A DNA stretch of 64,000 nt. Source: a virus. The notes under the pieces were generated by a model, which made no database searches, was not told the DNA's origin, and saw only the letters and a program-made list of their open reading frames with translations. The translations under genes and the position numbers were made by a program. The stretch lies in IMG/VR virus record IMGVR_UViG_3300043429_000131. The stretch is one strand, 5' to 3'. Positions 28,014 through 36,342 of the stretch are shown in pieces; position 1 is the first letter of the stretch; each line of letters begins with the position of its first letter.

Positions 28014-28343
28014 TCACTGCCATTCATCGACTATGGTTTTCAGGTCTGCACCTTGTGATAGTTCTCGGGGTCGCTCGGTGGTCTGGTTGCGTTGCGCTTC
28101 GGCTTGGGCACGAATTGCACGTCGCTCTGCGTTCGTCCAGCCGTCAATTCCGACTTTATCGTCGGGGTCTTCGACGGGTTTTGGCGGCGCGACAGCGGGG
28201 GGTTTGGCTTGATGCGCATCCACAAAAGCCTGCAAAGCTTGGCGAGAAATGGTCGAAACATTCGTGTGAAAAATTTGTGCTAAATTTTCGATCTGTTGGT
28301 AAAGGGTTTCGTTCATTTCAAAAGCGATTCGTTTTTTGCTCAT
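28014..28343 (-). CDS. ribbon-helix-helix (CopG/Arc-like) DNA-binding protein, candidate repressor
   Basis: KKRIAFEMNETLYQQIENLAQIFHTNVSTISRQALQAFV fits the RHH strand-helix-helix pattern; GGAG RBS 8 nt before ATG; only minus-strand gene I could support in the early arm. Confidence 0.75.
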   Translation of the reverse strand: MSKKRIAFEMNETLYQQIENLAQIFHTNVSTISRQALQAFVDAHQAKPPAVAPPKPVEDPDDKVGIDGWTNAERRAIRAQAEAQRNQTTERPRELSQGADLKTIVDEWQ

Positions 28344-28378
28344 TTTTTTCACTCCGTTTTTTTGAAGAAAGTGTACGA

Positions 28379-28407
28379 ATCATACACAAGGTTCAAAAAA
28401 TTTTCAA
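28379..28407 (-). promoter_or_regulatory. promoter of RHH gene
   Basis: TTGAAA-17bp-TATGAT with TG extension; palindrome variant at 28428 lies 20 bp upstream. Confidence 0.65.
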
Positions 28408-28769
28408 TGGTTTGTAAGCGATTTAACCTAACTTTGTTAGGGAATTTGGCGTTTTTTGACGTTGTTCTTACAATAACAGTCCTTTAAAATCAATGACTTA
28501 CGATGCAATGTTAAGTGTTAGGCTTTTTTGGCGAAGTATATACGCAACTGCGAGCGGAGAAGCAGCCTCGCAAGTGCAAAAAATAAAATTGGGTGGACGT
28601 ATATATATTATTTTTCCTAAACAAATTAACATTAGACAAGCAAAATCTTTCAGATGCCGCACCAGCACTGCGTTTTGCCTGTTAGGTTTTTTGTTAGGTT
28701 CGCAAAATAATCCACAACATTGCCCCTCATTTCCTAAACACCCGCGTGCGCACCAGACCCGCCAAAAGC

Positions 28770-28798
28770 TTGACTTGCCCACTATATTGTGTTATAAT
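28770..28798 (+). promoter_or_regulatory. strong sigma70 early promoter P1
   Basis: TTGACT-17bp-TATAAT. Confidence 0.88.
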
Positions 28799-28854
28799 TA
28801 AAAGAAAACAGCGTGAGAAACCAAAACCTAACAATGTTAGATACGGAGCGAACG

Positions 28855-29043
28855 ATGGCTAAACTTAAGACCTACCTGATGGAGCAGCAGGAACAGCACA
28901 TGAACGACGAAGAAATCGAAACCTACCTTGAACTGCTGCACGAAGAATGGCTCGCTAAACACGAAGCTTACCGTTACGAAGATAACCCTAACCCAAACGA
29001 CACAAACAAAGGGGCTAACAATGTTAGGTGCAGTGATGGCTAG
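28855..29043 (+). CDS. hypothetical early protein
   Basis: MAKLKTYLMEQQE..., GGAG RBS (alternative start 28834 lies inside the palindrome). Confidence 0.6.
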   Translation: MAKLKTYLMEQQEQHMNDEEIETYLELLHEEWLAKHEAYRYEDNPNPNDTNKGANNVRCSDG

Positions 29044-29266
29044 GGTTGAGTGGGTTGTGGCAGAGGAGTGGTGTGACCTGATAGACCACGACAAAAAGTG
29101 GTGGCAGGTGACGTACCGCCAAGCTAGAACAAATTATGCCGTGTGGGAAGTGATGTACCCCGGCACTCGGAACACAGAGTACATACCCATAAAAGACATG
29201 CCAGAACATCAACTGCGCGACCGACTGAGAATGGAATACCTACTACTGAGGGGTGCTGATGACTAA
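29021..29266 (+). CDS. hypothetical early protein, paralog 1 (QLRDRLR.EYLL family)
   Basis: ATG inside palindrome; WCDL..D...W..TYR...PEHQLRDRLRMEYLL. Confidence 0.7.
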   Translation: MLGAVMARVEWVVAEEWCDLIDHDKKWWQVTYRQARTNYAVWEVMYPGTRNTEYIPIKDMPEHQLRDRLRMEYLLLRGADD

Positions 29267-29510
29267 GGTCATATGGAAACGGTGCAAGCCTGACTCAGAT
29301 GGCGTGGTGTGGTGCGACTTGCTTGACCCTGATGCTAATGCTAACGGCGCGTGCTGGGTCATTACGTACCGCGACTATTACGAAAGCTGGCACGTGATGT
29401 GGAACACCCTTATCTCAGACAGACCCGACCATCTAATCAGCAAAACCATACCAGAAAAGCAACTACGCGACCGACTGAGGCTTGAGTACTTATTAACGAG
29501 GGGAGGCTAA
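29259..29510 (+). CDS. hypothetical early protein, paralog 2
   Basis: WCDLLDPD...W.ITYR...PEKQLRDRLRLEYLL. Confidence 0.7.
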   Translation: MTKVIWKRCKPDSDGVVWCDLLDPDANANGACWVITYRDYYESWHVMWNTLISDRPDHLISKTIPEKQLRDRLRLEYLLTRGG

Positions 29511-29512
29511 CA

Positions 29513-29710
29513 ATGTTAGAGAAGGAGCGCATAGCAAAAACGAAACATTGGATACAACACATCATCCTGAGTAAAAAACTAGGCGTAGACATACAGATAC
29601 CCGACGAGGACTGGGACTGGATGGTGTGCAACTGGGGCAGCGAAAGTGGGAACCGCAGCCTGTACGGGCAGCTATGGGACGAAGTAGAAAAGGAGATGCA
29701 CAATGACTAA
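29513..29710 (+). CDS. hypothetical early protein
   Basis: GGAGG RBS, ATG inside palindrome. Confidence 0.65.
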   Translation: MLEKERIAKTKHWIQHIILSKKLGVDIQIPDEDWDWMVCNWGSESGNRSLYGQLWDEVEKEMHND

Positions 29711-29915
29711 CGAAGATGCGCGGTATCTGTGCGTAGTATGCGGTGGCTACATTGCCCACGAGCGGTACAAACTGGGCTATAAAACATGTACCCAGTGCGG
29801 GGAAGACGCAGCCAAGAAAGTCAGACACTGCATCGCTCCGATCAACAAAAGCAACTACATGTACATCAGCGACTTATCACAACTGAAACAACTCAACCCA
29901 AAGAGGACGACATGA
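29703..29915 (+). CDS. C4 zinc-finger protein, TraR/DksA-like
   Basis: CVVCGGYIAHERYKLGYKTCTQC resembles the CxxCGxxIxxxR...CxxC pattern. Confidence 0.55.
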   Translation: MTNEDARYLCVVCGGYIAHERYKLGYKTCTQCGEDAAKKVRHCIAPINKSNYMYISDLSQLKQLNPKRTT

Positions 29916-30298
29916 GCCTAAGACCACAACGCCATATACCGACAATCGAACCTGTCATTGAGTACACCCCGTCGATGTGCGAGTTAGATAGCCCCGAAGG
30001 TGGTCATGCGTTGGACTGGGAGTTAGCAGTTCAGGAAATAGCGAAGCTAACCGAAGCGATTGACCAGTTGTATCACCACAAAGCCAGTGCCCCCGACAAA
30101 CTCAATGCGCTACTTGACGACGCTAATAACGCATGGTGCAGCTACAACCACGCCGAGCCGGAAGATTACGAGCGGTTTGAGGACGACAGGGACATACTGA
30201 AGGCCGAGGTGTACGACTGCATACGCAAAGCCTACATCGACGGTTATATGGTTGGATTCCAACTGCGAATATCAGGGCAACGGTACAGTGACGGCTGA
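29912..30298 (+). CDS. hypothetical early protein
   Basis: GAGG RBS, ATGA-coupled; acidic. Confidence 0.6.
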   Translation: MSLRPQRHIPTIEPVIEYTPSMCELDSPEGGHALDWELAVQEIAKLTEAIDQLYHHKASAPDKLNALLDDANNAWCSYNHAEPEDYERFEDDRDILKAEVYDCIRKAYIDGYMVGFQLRISGQRYSDG

Positions 30299-30329
30299 TA
30301 AACAAAGGCAAACGAAAGGAGACATAACA

Positions 30330-30566
30330 ATGTTAGACCGGCGACCAAGAACCAAGCCCACTGCAACCAAGGATGGGTACAAGATCAGACGCGAGGCGTA
30401 CAGCGCGGCGGCGGCACATAGTCACGAGCTGCAATGCAGTCTGTTCGGCAAGACGTACGAGCCAGTGCCAGAGATACGCAAGCGGCTAGACATGCACTTA
30501 ACTACGCACACAGTAAACAAAATGAAACACGAGATAGATGAGATCAACAAGGAGGGGGGTGCATGA
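30330..30566 (+). CDS. hypothetical early protein
   Basis: AAGGAG RBS, ATG inside palindrome variant. Confidence 0.6.
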   Translation: MLDRRPRTKPTATKDGYKIRREAYSAAAAHSHELQCSLFGKTYEPVPEIRKRLDMHLTTHTVNKMKHEIDEINKEGGA

Positions 30567-30799
30567 CTGACGAGGAGGAAGCCAGAGTGCGGGAGATCAT
30601 AGACCGCGAGGTGCAAGCACTGGTGTTAAAGGTGAAGTTCGAGCACGATGGGTCTGATATATCGTTCGCTGGGGATATGCACTGGCACTACCCAAGAGCA
30701 TACAGGCGCATCAGTGACGAGGTGCTGGCTAAGTACAACCTAACCCGGAAGCAGATGGACAAGCTGCTACAACGACAAAAGGAGCAAGAATGGACATAG
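30563..30799 (+). CDS. hypothetical early protein
   Basis: coupled ORF with RBS. Confidence 0.55.
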   Translation: MTDEEEARVREIIDREVQALVLKVKFEHDGSDISFAGDMHWHYPRAYRRISDEVLAKYNLTRKQMDKLLQRQKEQEWT

Positions 30800-30873
30800 A
30801 TGACGTGGTGACATGGGTGTGCTGGACATTGATAGCACTGCTACCCGTGGTGCTTTACTTGGGGGTGGTATGA
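30790..30873 (+). CDS. 27-aa single-TM peptide (not in ORF track)
   Basis: MDIDDVVTWVCWTLIALLPVVLYLGVV*, GGAG RBS, stop overlaps next ATG. Confidence 0.5.
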   Translation: MDIDDVVTWVCWTLIALLPVVLYLGVV

Positions 30874-31118
30874 CGCACATGACCGAAGAAGAGTGGCGAG
30901 GGTGTATGAGTGTGGCTACGGCGAACACGCCGACTGTGTATAGGCAAGCATTGATAGCGTGGAGGGGTTGGAACCCTGAGTGGCTGCTAGACAAGGTGAA
31001 CGCTGAAGGTGGCGACTCAAGCAAAGCCAAGTTCACCATCGACGAGGTGATGCGGGCCTTCATGGAGGCATACATACTAGGCGTAACCAAGAAGATAACA
31101 GGAGGAGACCATGAGTGA
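30870..31118 (+). CDS. hypothetical early protein
   Basis: MTHMTEEEWRG..., coupled. Confidence 0.55.
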   Translation: MTHMTEEEWRGCMSVATANTPTVYRQALIAWRGWNPEWLLDKVNAEGGDSSKAKFTIDEVMRAFMEAYILGVTKKITGGDHE

Positions 31119-31335
31119 CATAACATTGTTAGGCGTATTAGCTGCGGGGCTGGGGGTGTATTGCTTGTACTTACAGCTACGCGTCAACACACTAAACGCT
31201 GCGGGGAAGTTCATGACCGGGCTGCTTATCAAAACGGTGCAGGGATACACCAACAAGTCCGAGCTTGAGGCAGCAGAAGAAGTACGGCGCATGGCAAAAG
31301 AGCACGCCGCACACGAGGTAGCAAAACATTTCTAA
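31111..31335 (+). CDS. small membrane protein
   Basis: N-terminal TM helix; GGAGG RBS. Confidence 0.6.
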   Translation: MSDITLLGVLAAGLGVYCLYLQLRVNTLNAAGKFMTGLLIKTVQGYTNKSELEAAEEVRRMAKEHAAHEVAKHF

Positions 31336-31345
31336 GGAGAACGAC

Positions 31346-31561
31346 ATGGGTACATACATCGAAGTAAGTCTGGACGAGTTTGATACGAGCGACATCGTGG
31401 AGTACTTGGAGAACCAAGGGTTTAAGGTCTTCGAGGAGGACACCACCGAACAAGATGCCGAGCTGGAGCGCATCTGGGCAGCAATGCGACTCAACCAGAA
31501 CGAGCAAGCACTGGAACTAATGCGCACCTACGTGTGCGACAAGCTGGGGAAAATACTGTGA
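31346..31561 (+). CDS. hypothetical acidic protein
   Basis: AAGGAG RBS; EVSLDEFDTSDIVEYLE. Confidence 0.65.
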   Translation: MGTYIEVSLDEFDTSDIVEYLENQGFKVFEEDTTEQDAELERIWAAMRLNQNEQALELMRTYVCDKLGKIL

Positions 31562-31587
31562 CATGCGCACGTGACCGTGTCACAACC

Positions 31588-31616
31588 TTGACTTGATTAC
31601 TATTTTGTGTTATAAT
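31588..31616 (+). promoter_or_regulatory. strong sigma70 promoter P2 (near copy of P1)
   Basis: TTGACT-17bp-TATAAT; TTGACTTG....ACTAT.TTGTGTTATAATTAA shared with 28770. Confidence 0.88.
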
Positions 31617-31741
31617 TAAGTATAAGTCGGGGAAGTAAACGCAGTAAGTGCAACGCCGCAGTGAAGCCTAACATTGTTAGGTGTATCAAAGCAACAGCAA
31701 CACACGCAACATAATATAAATAACTTTTTAGGAGAATCACG

Positions 31742-32806
31742 ATGTCTGAAATTACTTTCGGTAAGACCGTCTCGCTCGACCAAGCAGCGAACGTAATCCT
31801 GCACACCCCGATGAACCGCTATCTGCTCGAAGGTGAGCCCGGTATCGGTAAGTCAACACTTATTAAAGCAATCGCAGCCAAGCTGCCCACACATGAGGTG
31901 GCGTACATCGACGTGCCGAACATGGACTTGGGCGACATTGCCATGCCTGTCGTTGACCACGAGACCCGCACTACCAAGTACTACCCGAACTCCCGCTTCA
32001 AGCTGCAGACCGGCAAGCCAGCAATCATCATGCTTGATGAGTACACCAAAGGTGCGCAACCAGTTAAGAACATGCTACATCCACTGCTTGAGGTTACTAA
32101 CCCACGGCTAGGCGACATGCCCATACACCCTGAGTCCATCATCTTTCTGACGGGCAATCTCAGCACTGACGGGGTGGGTGACCAGCTACCTGCACACAGC
32201 CGCAACCGCATCATCCCACTACAAGTACGCAAGCCAGACGCGGAAGAGTGGATCAGCTGGGGTATCAACAACGGCATCGAGGCCGAGCTGTTGGCGTGGG
32301 CGCGTCAGTATCCGCATGCCTTCGCGTCATACACAGATGCAGGGCAAGCTGAGAATCCGTACATCTTCAACCCACGCAAGCAACAGAAAGGCTTTGTGTC
32401 TGGCCGCTCGCTGGAACGTGCATCTAACATTGTTAGGATTCGCAAGCTGTTGGATAGCGACACATTGATCGCAGCCATGAGCGGTGCAGTGGGTGAGTCA
32501 GCAGCACGTGACATCCAAGCGTACATCGACTTCTCTTCGCAGCTACCAACGTGGGAGCAGACGATAACTAACCCAATGACAGCGCCTGTGCCTACGTCTG
32601 CTGGTGCATGTGCAGTGGTGGTGTATGGCGCAATCGCTAAGGTGGATAAGCAAACCATCACACCATTTATGCAATACCTTGAGCGGTTCGACCCTGAGTG
32701 GCAAGCATGCTTCGCTATCAACATCGCCAAGTCGAGCAAGCAAAGCATTGCGTTCAGTTGCAAAGCATTCAGTGATTGGGTGAGTCGTAACGAGGATTTG
32801 TTGTGA
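31742..32806 (+). CDS. MoxR-type AAA+ ATPase
   Basis: Walker A GEPGIGKST, Walker B IIMLDE, FLTGN sensor; upstream of VWA partner. Confidence 0.88.
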   Translation: MSEITFGKTVSLDQAANVILHTPMNRYLLEGEPGIGKSTLIKAIAAKLPTHEVAYIDVPNMDLGDIAMPVVDHETRTTKYYPNSRFKLQTGKPAIIMLDEYTKGAQPVKNMLHPLLEVTNPRLGDMPIHPESIIFLTGNLSTDGVGDQLPAHSRNRIIPLQVRKPDAEEWISWGINNGIEAELLAWARQYPHAFASYTDAGQAENPYIFNPRKQQKGFVSGRSLERASNIVRIRKLLDSDTLIAAMSGAVGESAARDIQAYIDFSSQLPTWEQTITNPMTAPVPTSAGACAVVVYGAIAKVDKQTITPFMQYLERFDPEWQACFAINIAKSSKQSIAFSCKAFSDWVSRNEDLL

Positions 32807-32811
32807 GGTGA

Positions 32812-33024
32812 GTGATGCGGATTTATTTTGACCGAAGAAGACGTGCTTGGGTGGGCGCTAAAAATTTACAGCGGCTGCATGACACAGATCACTCGCTTGA
32901 TTTTGACGACGCTACAAGGTTGTATCGGATATGCCGAGAAGATGGAAATACTACACCAGTAACCGATTGGATTCCGTACCAAGAAATGATCCGATATGTG
33001 AAGTTAATCATAGGGGGAGACTAA
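32812..33024 (+). CDS. hypothetical small protein (E..Y.KL C-terminal family)
   Basis: LYRI.R...TPVT...EMIRYVKLI. Confidence 0.6.
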   Translation: MMRIYFDRRRRAWVGAKNLQRLHDTDHSLDFDDATRLYRICREDGNTTPVTDWIPYQEMIRYVKLIIGGD

Positions 33025-33026
33025 CA

Positions 33027-33239
33027 ATGTTAGATGAGGATAAGCATGTGTACTACTGGGCATGGGCTGAGTATGACAACCCTAATGTATACACAAACCC
33101 CAAACTGTACAGGGTGTTTCGATTGACCCCAAAAATGGGTACTAAAGACGAGCCAATCACCGAAGCAATGAGCAAGGTTGAGGCTATCGAGTACTGCAAA
33201 CGCATTGTCAAGCTAACCGGAGGGAGAGAAATCAGATGA
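33027..33239 (+). CDS. hypothetical small protein (E..Y.K C-terminal family)
   Basis: ATG inside palindrome; LYRVFR...EPIT...EAIEYCK. Confidence 0.65.
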   Translation: MLDEDKHVYYWAWAEYDNPNVYTNPKLYRVFRLTPKMGTKDEPITEAMSKVEAIEYCKRIVKLTGGREIR

Positions 33240-34417
33240 GCGAACCAAGAGACAAGGAAGAGCGCAAGCTCAAGAAGGTCAAGATTGCATTGATGCGTAA
33301 CCCACTCTTTGCGCTGTATCAAGGCGTGATGATGGTGGGTAAGACATCGCTGCGTGATGACATTCCGACTGCGTGTACCAACGGACGCGACGAGATATAC
33401 GGACGCACATTCGTCAAGGAGCTAGACGAGAAGGAGCTTGCCTTCGTGGTAATGCACGAGTGTATGCACAAGGTCTATCGTCACCTGACCACATGGAAGA
33501 AGCTGCACGAGGAGAACGCTCTGCTTACTAATGCAGCGTGTGACTACGTGATCAACCTGAAGCTTAAAGACATCGACCCCGATGGTAAGTACATGCGCAT
33601 GCCAATGAAGAACGGCAAGCCATTCGGTCTGATCGACGAGAAGTATCGGGGCATGCACACCAAGCAAGTCTTCGACGCACTAAAGCAAGACGGTGCGGGT
33701 GGTGGGGGTGATGGCTTCGACGAGCACGACTGGGACGGTGCCGAGGAGATGACTGACCAAGAGAAGGAAGAGCTTCACCGCGAGATCGACCGAGCTATCC
33801 GCCAAGGGCAGATTGCAGCTAAGAAAGCAGGTACAGGTGCGGGTGGGCTTGACCGTGAACTGGGTGACTTGATGGAACCCAAGGTGGACTGGCGCGAGGT
33901 GCTGCGTGAGTTTGTGAAATCAATCTGTAATGCAAAGGATGCTTCATCATGGAGACGAGTAAACCGCCGGTTCATCGGCAGCGACATCTACTTGCCCACA
34001 CTTATCGGGGAACGAGTAGGGCATATCGTAATAGGCATAGACACCAGTGGGTCTATCGGGGGCAAGGAGTTAAGCGACTTCCTATCTGAGGTGAAAGGGA
34101 TTGCTGATGAGGTTCGACCGGAGCGCGTTGACTTGCTGTACTGGGATAGCGAGGTGGCAGGGCATGAAGAGTATGACGAGTACAGCGTGGCTAACATTGT
34201 TAGCAGTACGAAACCACGTGGAGGTGGTGGTACGAGCCCTTCATGTGTTACTGCTTATCTTAAGGATAAAGCTATCAAGCCCGAGTGCGTCATCATGCTC
34301 ACGGACGGCTACGTCGGTGATGATTGGGGTGGAGACTGGCCGTGTCCTGTTCTCTGGACTATCGTGGCTGGCAATAGTGACGTTGCCCCAAGCGGCAAAA
34401 CTATTCACATTAACTAA
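33236..34417 (+). CDS. metallopeptidase-like + VWA domain protein (DUF2201-type)
   Basis: TACTNG, HECMH (HExxH), N.A.D..IN; MIDAS IDTSGS, GGGGTS, LTDGY. Confidence 0.88.
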   Translation: MSEPRDKEERKLKKVKIALMRNPLFALYQGVMMVGKTSLRDDIPTACTNGRDEIYGRTFVKELDEKELAFVVMHECMHKVYRHLTTWKKLHEENALLTNAACDYVINLKLKDIDPDGKYMRMPMKNGKPFGLIDEKYRGMHTKQVFDALKQDGAGGGGDGFDEHDWDGAEEMTDQEKEELHREIDRAIRQGQIAAKKAGTGAGGLDRELGDLMEPKVDWREVLREFVKSICNAKDASSWRRVNRRFIGSDIYLPTLIGERVGHIVIGIDTSGSIGGKELSDFLSEVKGIADEVRPERVDLLYWDSEVAGHEEYDEYSVANIVSSTKPRGGGGTSPSCVTAYLKDKAIKPECVIMLTDGYVGDDWGGDWPCPVLWTIVAGNSDVAPSGKTIHIN

Positions 34418-34427
34418 GGAGACAAGT

Positions 34428-34679
34428 ATGAGTAAAGTAATTGTGAACTTGGGGTATAGGTCTATCGTGGTAGACGCAGACAAGGCACTTGCTCTCGCTG
34501 AATTGATACAAGACGCAGAGATGTATCAGTCTAAGTACCACAGCGCACAGGACGGCAAGCCGTCATACAACACGCATCACATATTTCCTGTCGAGCCGGA
34601 CAACGGGTTCACTATGCAGATGCTGACTAACGAGGCGTACAACTTGTACAAGTTAGCAGGTAAGCCGGAGGAGCGATGA
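34428..34679 (+). CDS. hypothetical protein
   Basis: AAGGAG RBS; MSKVIVNLGY...YNLYKLAGKP. Confidence 0.65.
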   Translation: MSKVIVNLGYRSIVVDADKALALAELIQDAEMYQSKYHSAQDGKPSYNTHHIFPVEPDNGFTMQMLTNEAYNLYKLAGKPEER

Positions 34680-34885
34680 GTAGAGCACTAACGTTAGAGG
34701 CCGTAACACGAGAGGCATTGAAGATACTGGAGCAGGGGCTAAGCGGTGGGCCGCGTTACTACAAGGTGCGGGGGTTGGATGGTAAGCACTACATCGCCAA
34801 AAACTTCCCGACTGGCCAGAGTGTCAAGGGTGGGCTTACTGAAGCAGAAGCAGACGCATACCTGAAGCTACTAAGGGAGGAGTGA
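34676..34885 (+). CDS. hypothetical small protein (EA.AY.KLL family)
   Basis: VKGGLTEAEADAYLKLL. Confidence 0.65.
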   Translation: MSRALTLEAVTREALKILEQGLSGGPRYYKVRGLDGKHYIAKNFPTGQSVKGGLTEAEADAYLKLLREE

Positions 34886-35079
34886 TGAGTAGGCACAAGG
34901 TGCTGTACTACAAAAGCGATGACAATGGGGTGTACAAAATAGTTAAGCGCAAGTCTGTTGGGCGCAAGCGAGTGCTGTACAAAGCTGCGGGGACCGCGTG
35001 GAAACTAGTTAAACAAGGTATGAGTGCAAACGAAGCAGAAGCATATATAAAGCTGTTGGGTTTAAAACTTTGGGACTAA
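34885..35079 (+). CDS. hypothetical small protein (EA.AY.KLL family)
   Basis: VKQGMSANEAEAYIKLL. Confidence 0.65.
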   Translation: MSRHKVLYYKSDDNGVYKIVKRKSVGRKRVLYKAAGTAWKLVKQGMSANEAEAYIKLLGLKLWD

Positions 35080-35093
35080 AAAGGAGCAATAAC

Positions 35094-35954
35094 ATGGGTA
35101 TCTCATCAAGCGCAGTATTGGTAGAGCTGAACGTATCCGTCTGGGGTGCAAGCAAGGTAGACCGCGATGCAACCGACGACGTGAACATCCGCAACAACGC
35201 AACACGTGACGCATCCAAGGTCTACAAGAACCTGACCGCAGGTACATCCCTGCGCAAAGACATCAGCGACTACGCTGCAAAGATTCGCCAGTTTCATAAC
35301 CGACAGACTTTACCGTGGACGCATAAAGGTGCTCGACTGCTGCCTACTTCCCACGTACTAGAGTACAAGCAACACATGAATGCAATGGAGCGCCAGTTCA
35401 ATGCGCTGTTGCATAAGTTTTACGTCGAGTACCCTAACATTGTTAGCCAAGCGCAGACTAACTTGCGCGGCATGTTCAAGGCCGATGACTATCCAACCCT
35501 TGAGGAAGTGCAGGAGAAGTTCGGATACAAGCTGGTGTTCTCTCCCCTACCCGAAGCGGGGGACTTCCGTCTGGACGTAGCTAACGAAGAGCTGCGGGAA
35601 CTATCACTCTCTTATGAAGCGGACTTCAACGAGCGTCTGGGTAAAGCTATGCGTGAGCCATGGGAACGACTGCATGAGACGTTGACTCACCTGAGCACTA
35701 AACTGACCGATGCGCAGGATGGTAGCGAGGAAGTTAAGCGCCGTTACCACGACAGTCTTGTGACCAACGCGCAAGGGCTGTGTGAGCTGCTGACTAAACT
35801 AAATATTACGAACGACCCTAAGCTTGAGGAAGCACGCCGCAGTCTTGAGCTAACAATGTTAGGTGTGGACATCGACTCCATCAAAGAGTCACCCGAGGTG
35901 CGACACAGCGTCAAGTCTAGGGTGGATGCAATCCTTGAGAAGTTTGACTGGTGA
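35094..35954 (+). CDS. conserved phage protein, helical (DUF3150-like)
   Basis: SAVLVELNVSVW...TLPW...GARLLP...YP.....KF; AAAGGAG RBS. Confidence 0.7.
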   Translation: MGISSSAVLVELNVSVWGASKVDRDATDDVNIRNNATRDASKVYKNLTAGTSLRKDISDYAAKIRQFHNRQTLPWTHKGARLLPTSHVLEYKQHMNAMERQFNALLHKFYVEYPNIVSQAQTNLRGMFKADDYPTLEEVQEKFGYKLVFSPLPEAGDFRLDVANEELRELSLSYEADFNERLGKAMREPWERLHETLTHLSTKLTDAQDGSEEVKRRYHDSLVTNAQGLCELLTKLNITNDPKLEEARRSLELTMLGVDIDSIKESPEVRHSVKSRVDAILEKFDW

Positions 35955-35964
35955 GGAGAACGAC

Positions 35965-36339
35965 ATGGGCTATCGAAGTGATGTGGCTGCTGTGTTCTAC
36001 GTAAGTAAGGAGAAACATTTTCCTGTACTGAAACTGTGGCTTGACGAGAACTTTCCTATAAAAATGTTTAACGACGCTATACGATGGTTTGATAAGGGTA
36101 TGGTGCTTGAGTGCGAGAACGTGAAGTGGTACGACAATTATCCAGATGTGCAAGCCTTCGAATTTGCTGCCAATAAGTTTATTGAATTATGCAACGCCAC
36201 GGTAAGTGAAGGTACGCCTACGTTCAACTATGAGTTTGTGCGTATCGGTGAGGACTACGATGATGTGGAGGTAGTCAGGGAAGGTATTGCGTATGAGTGT
36301 CTATTGGGGGTGAGTCGCGGTGTAATGGTGGAGGTGTGA
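35965..36339 (+). CDS. hypothetical protein
   Basis: MGYRSDVA...VKWYD.YPDV...EFVRIGEDYDD. Confidence 0.7.
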   Translation: MGYRSDVAAVFYVSKEKHFPVLKLWLDENFPIKMFNDAIRWFDKGMVLECENVKWYDNYPDVQAFEFAANKFIELCNATVSEGTPTFNYEFVRIGEDYDDVEVVREGIAYECLLGVSRGVMVEV

Positions 36340-36342
36340 GAT

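Noticed and set aside
28493-28801. 103-codon ORF in the control region (and antisense 28498-28782)
   Set aside because: No RBS, atypical composition, runs across promoter P1; better explained as regulatory DNA
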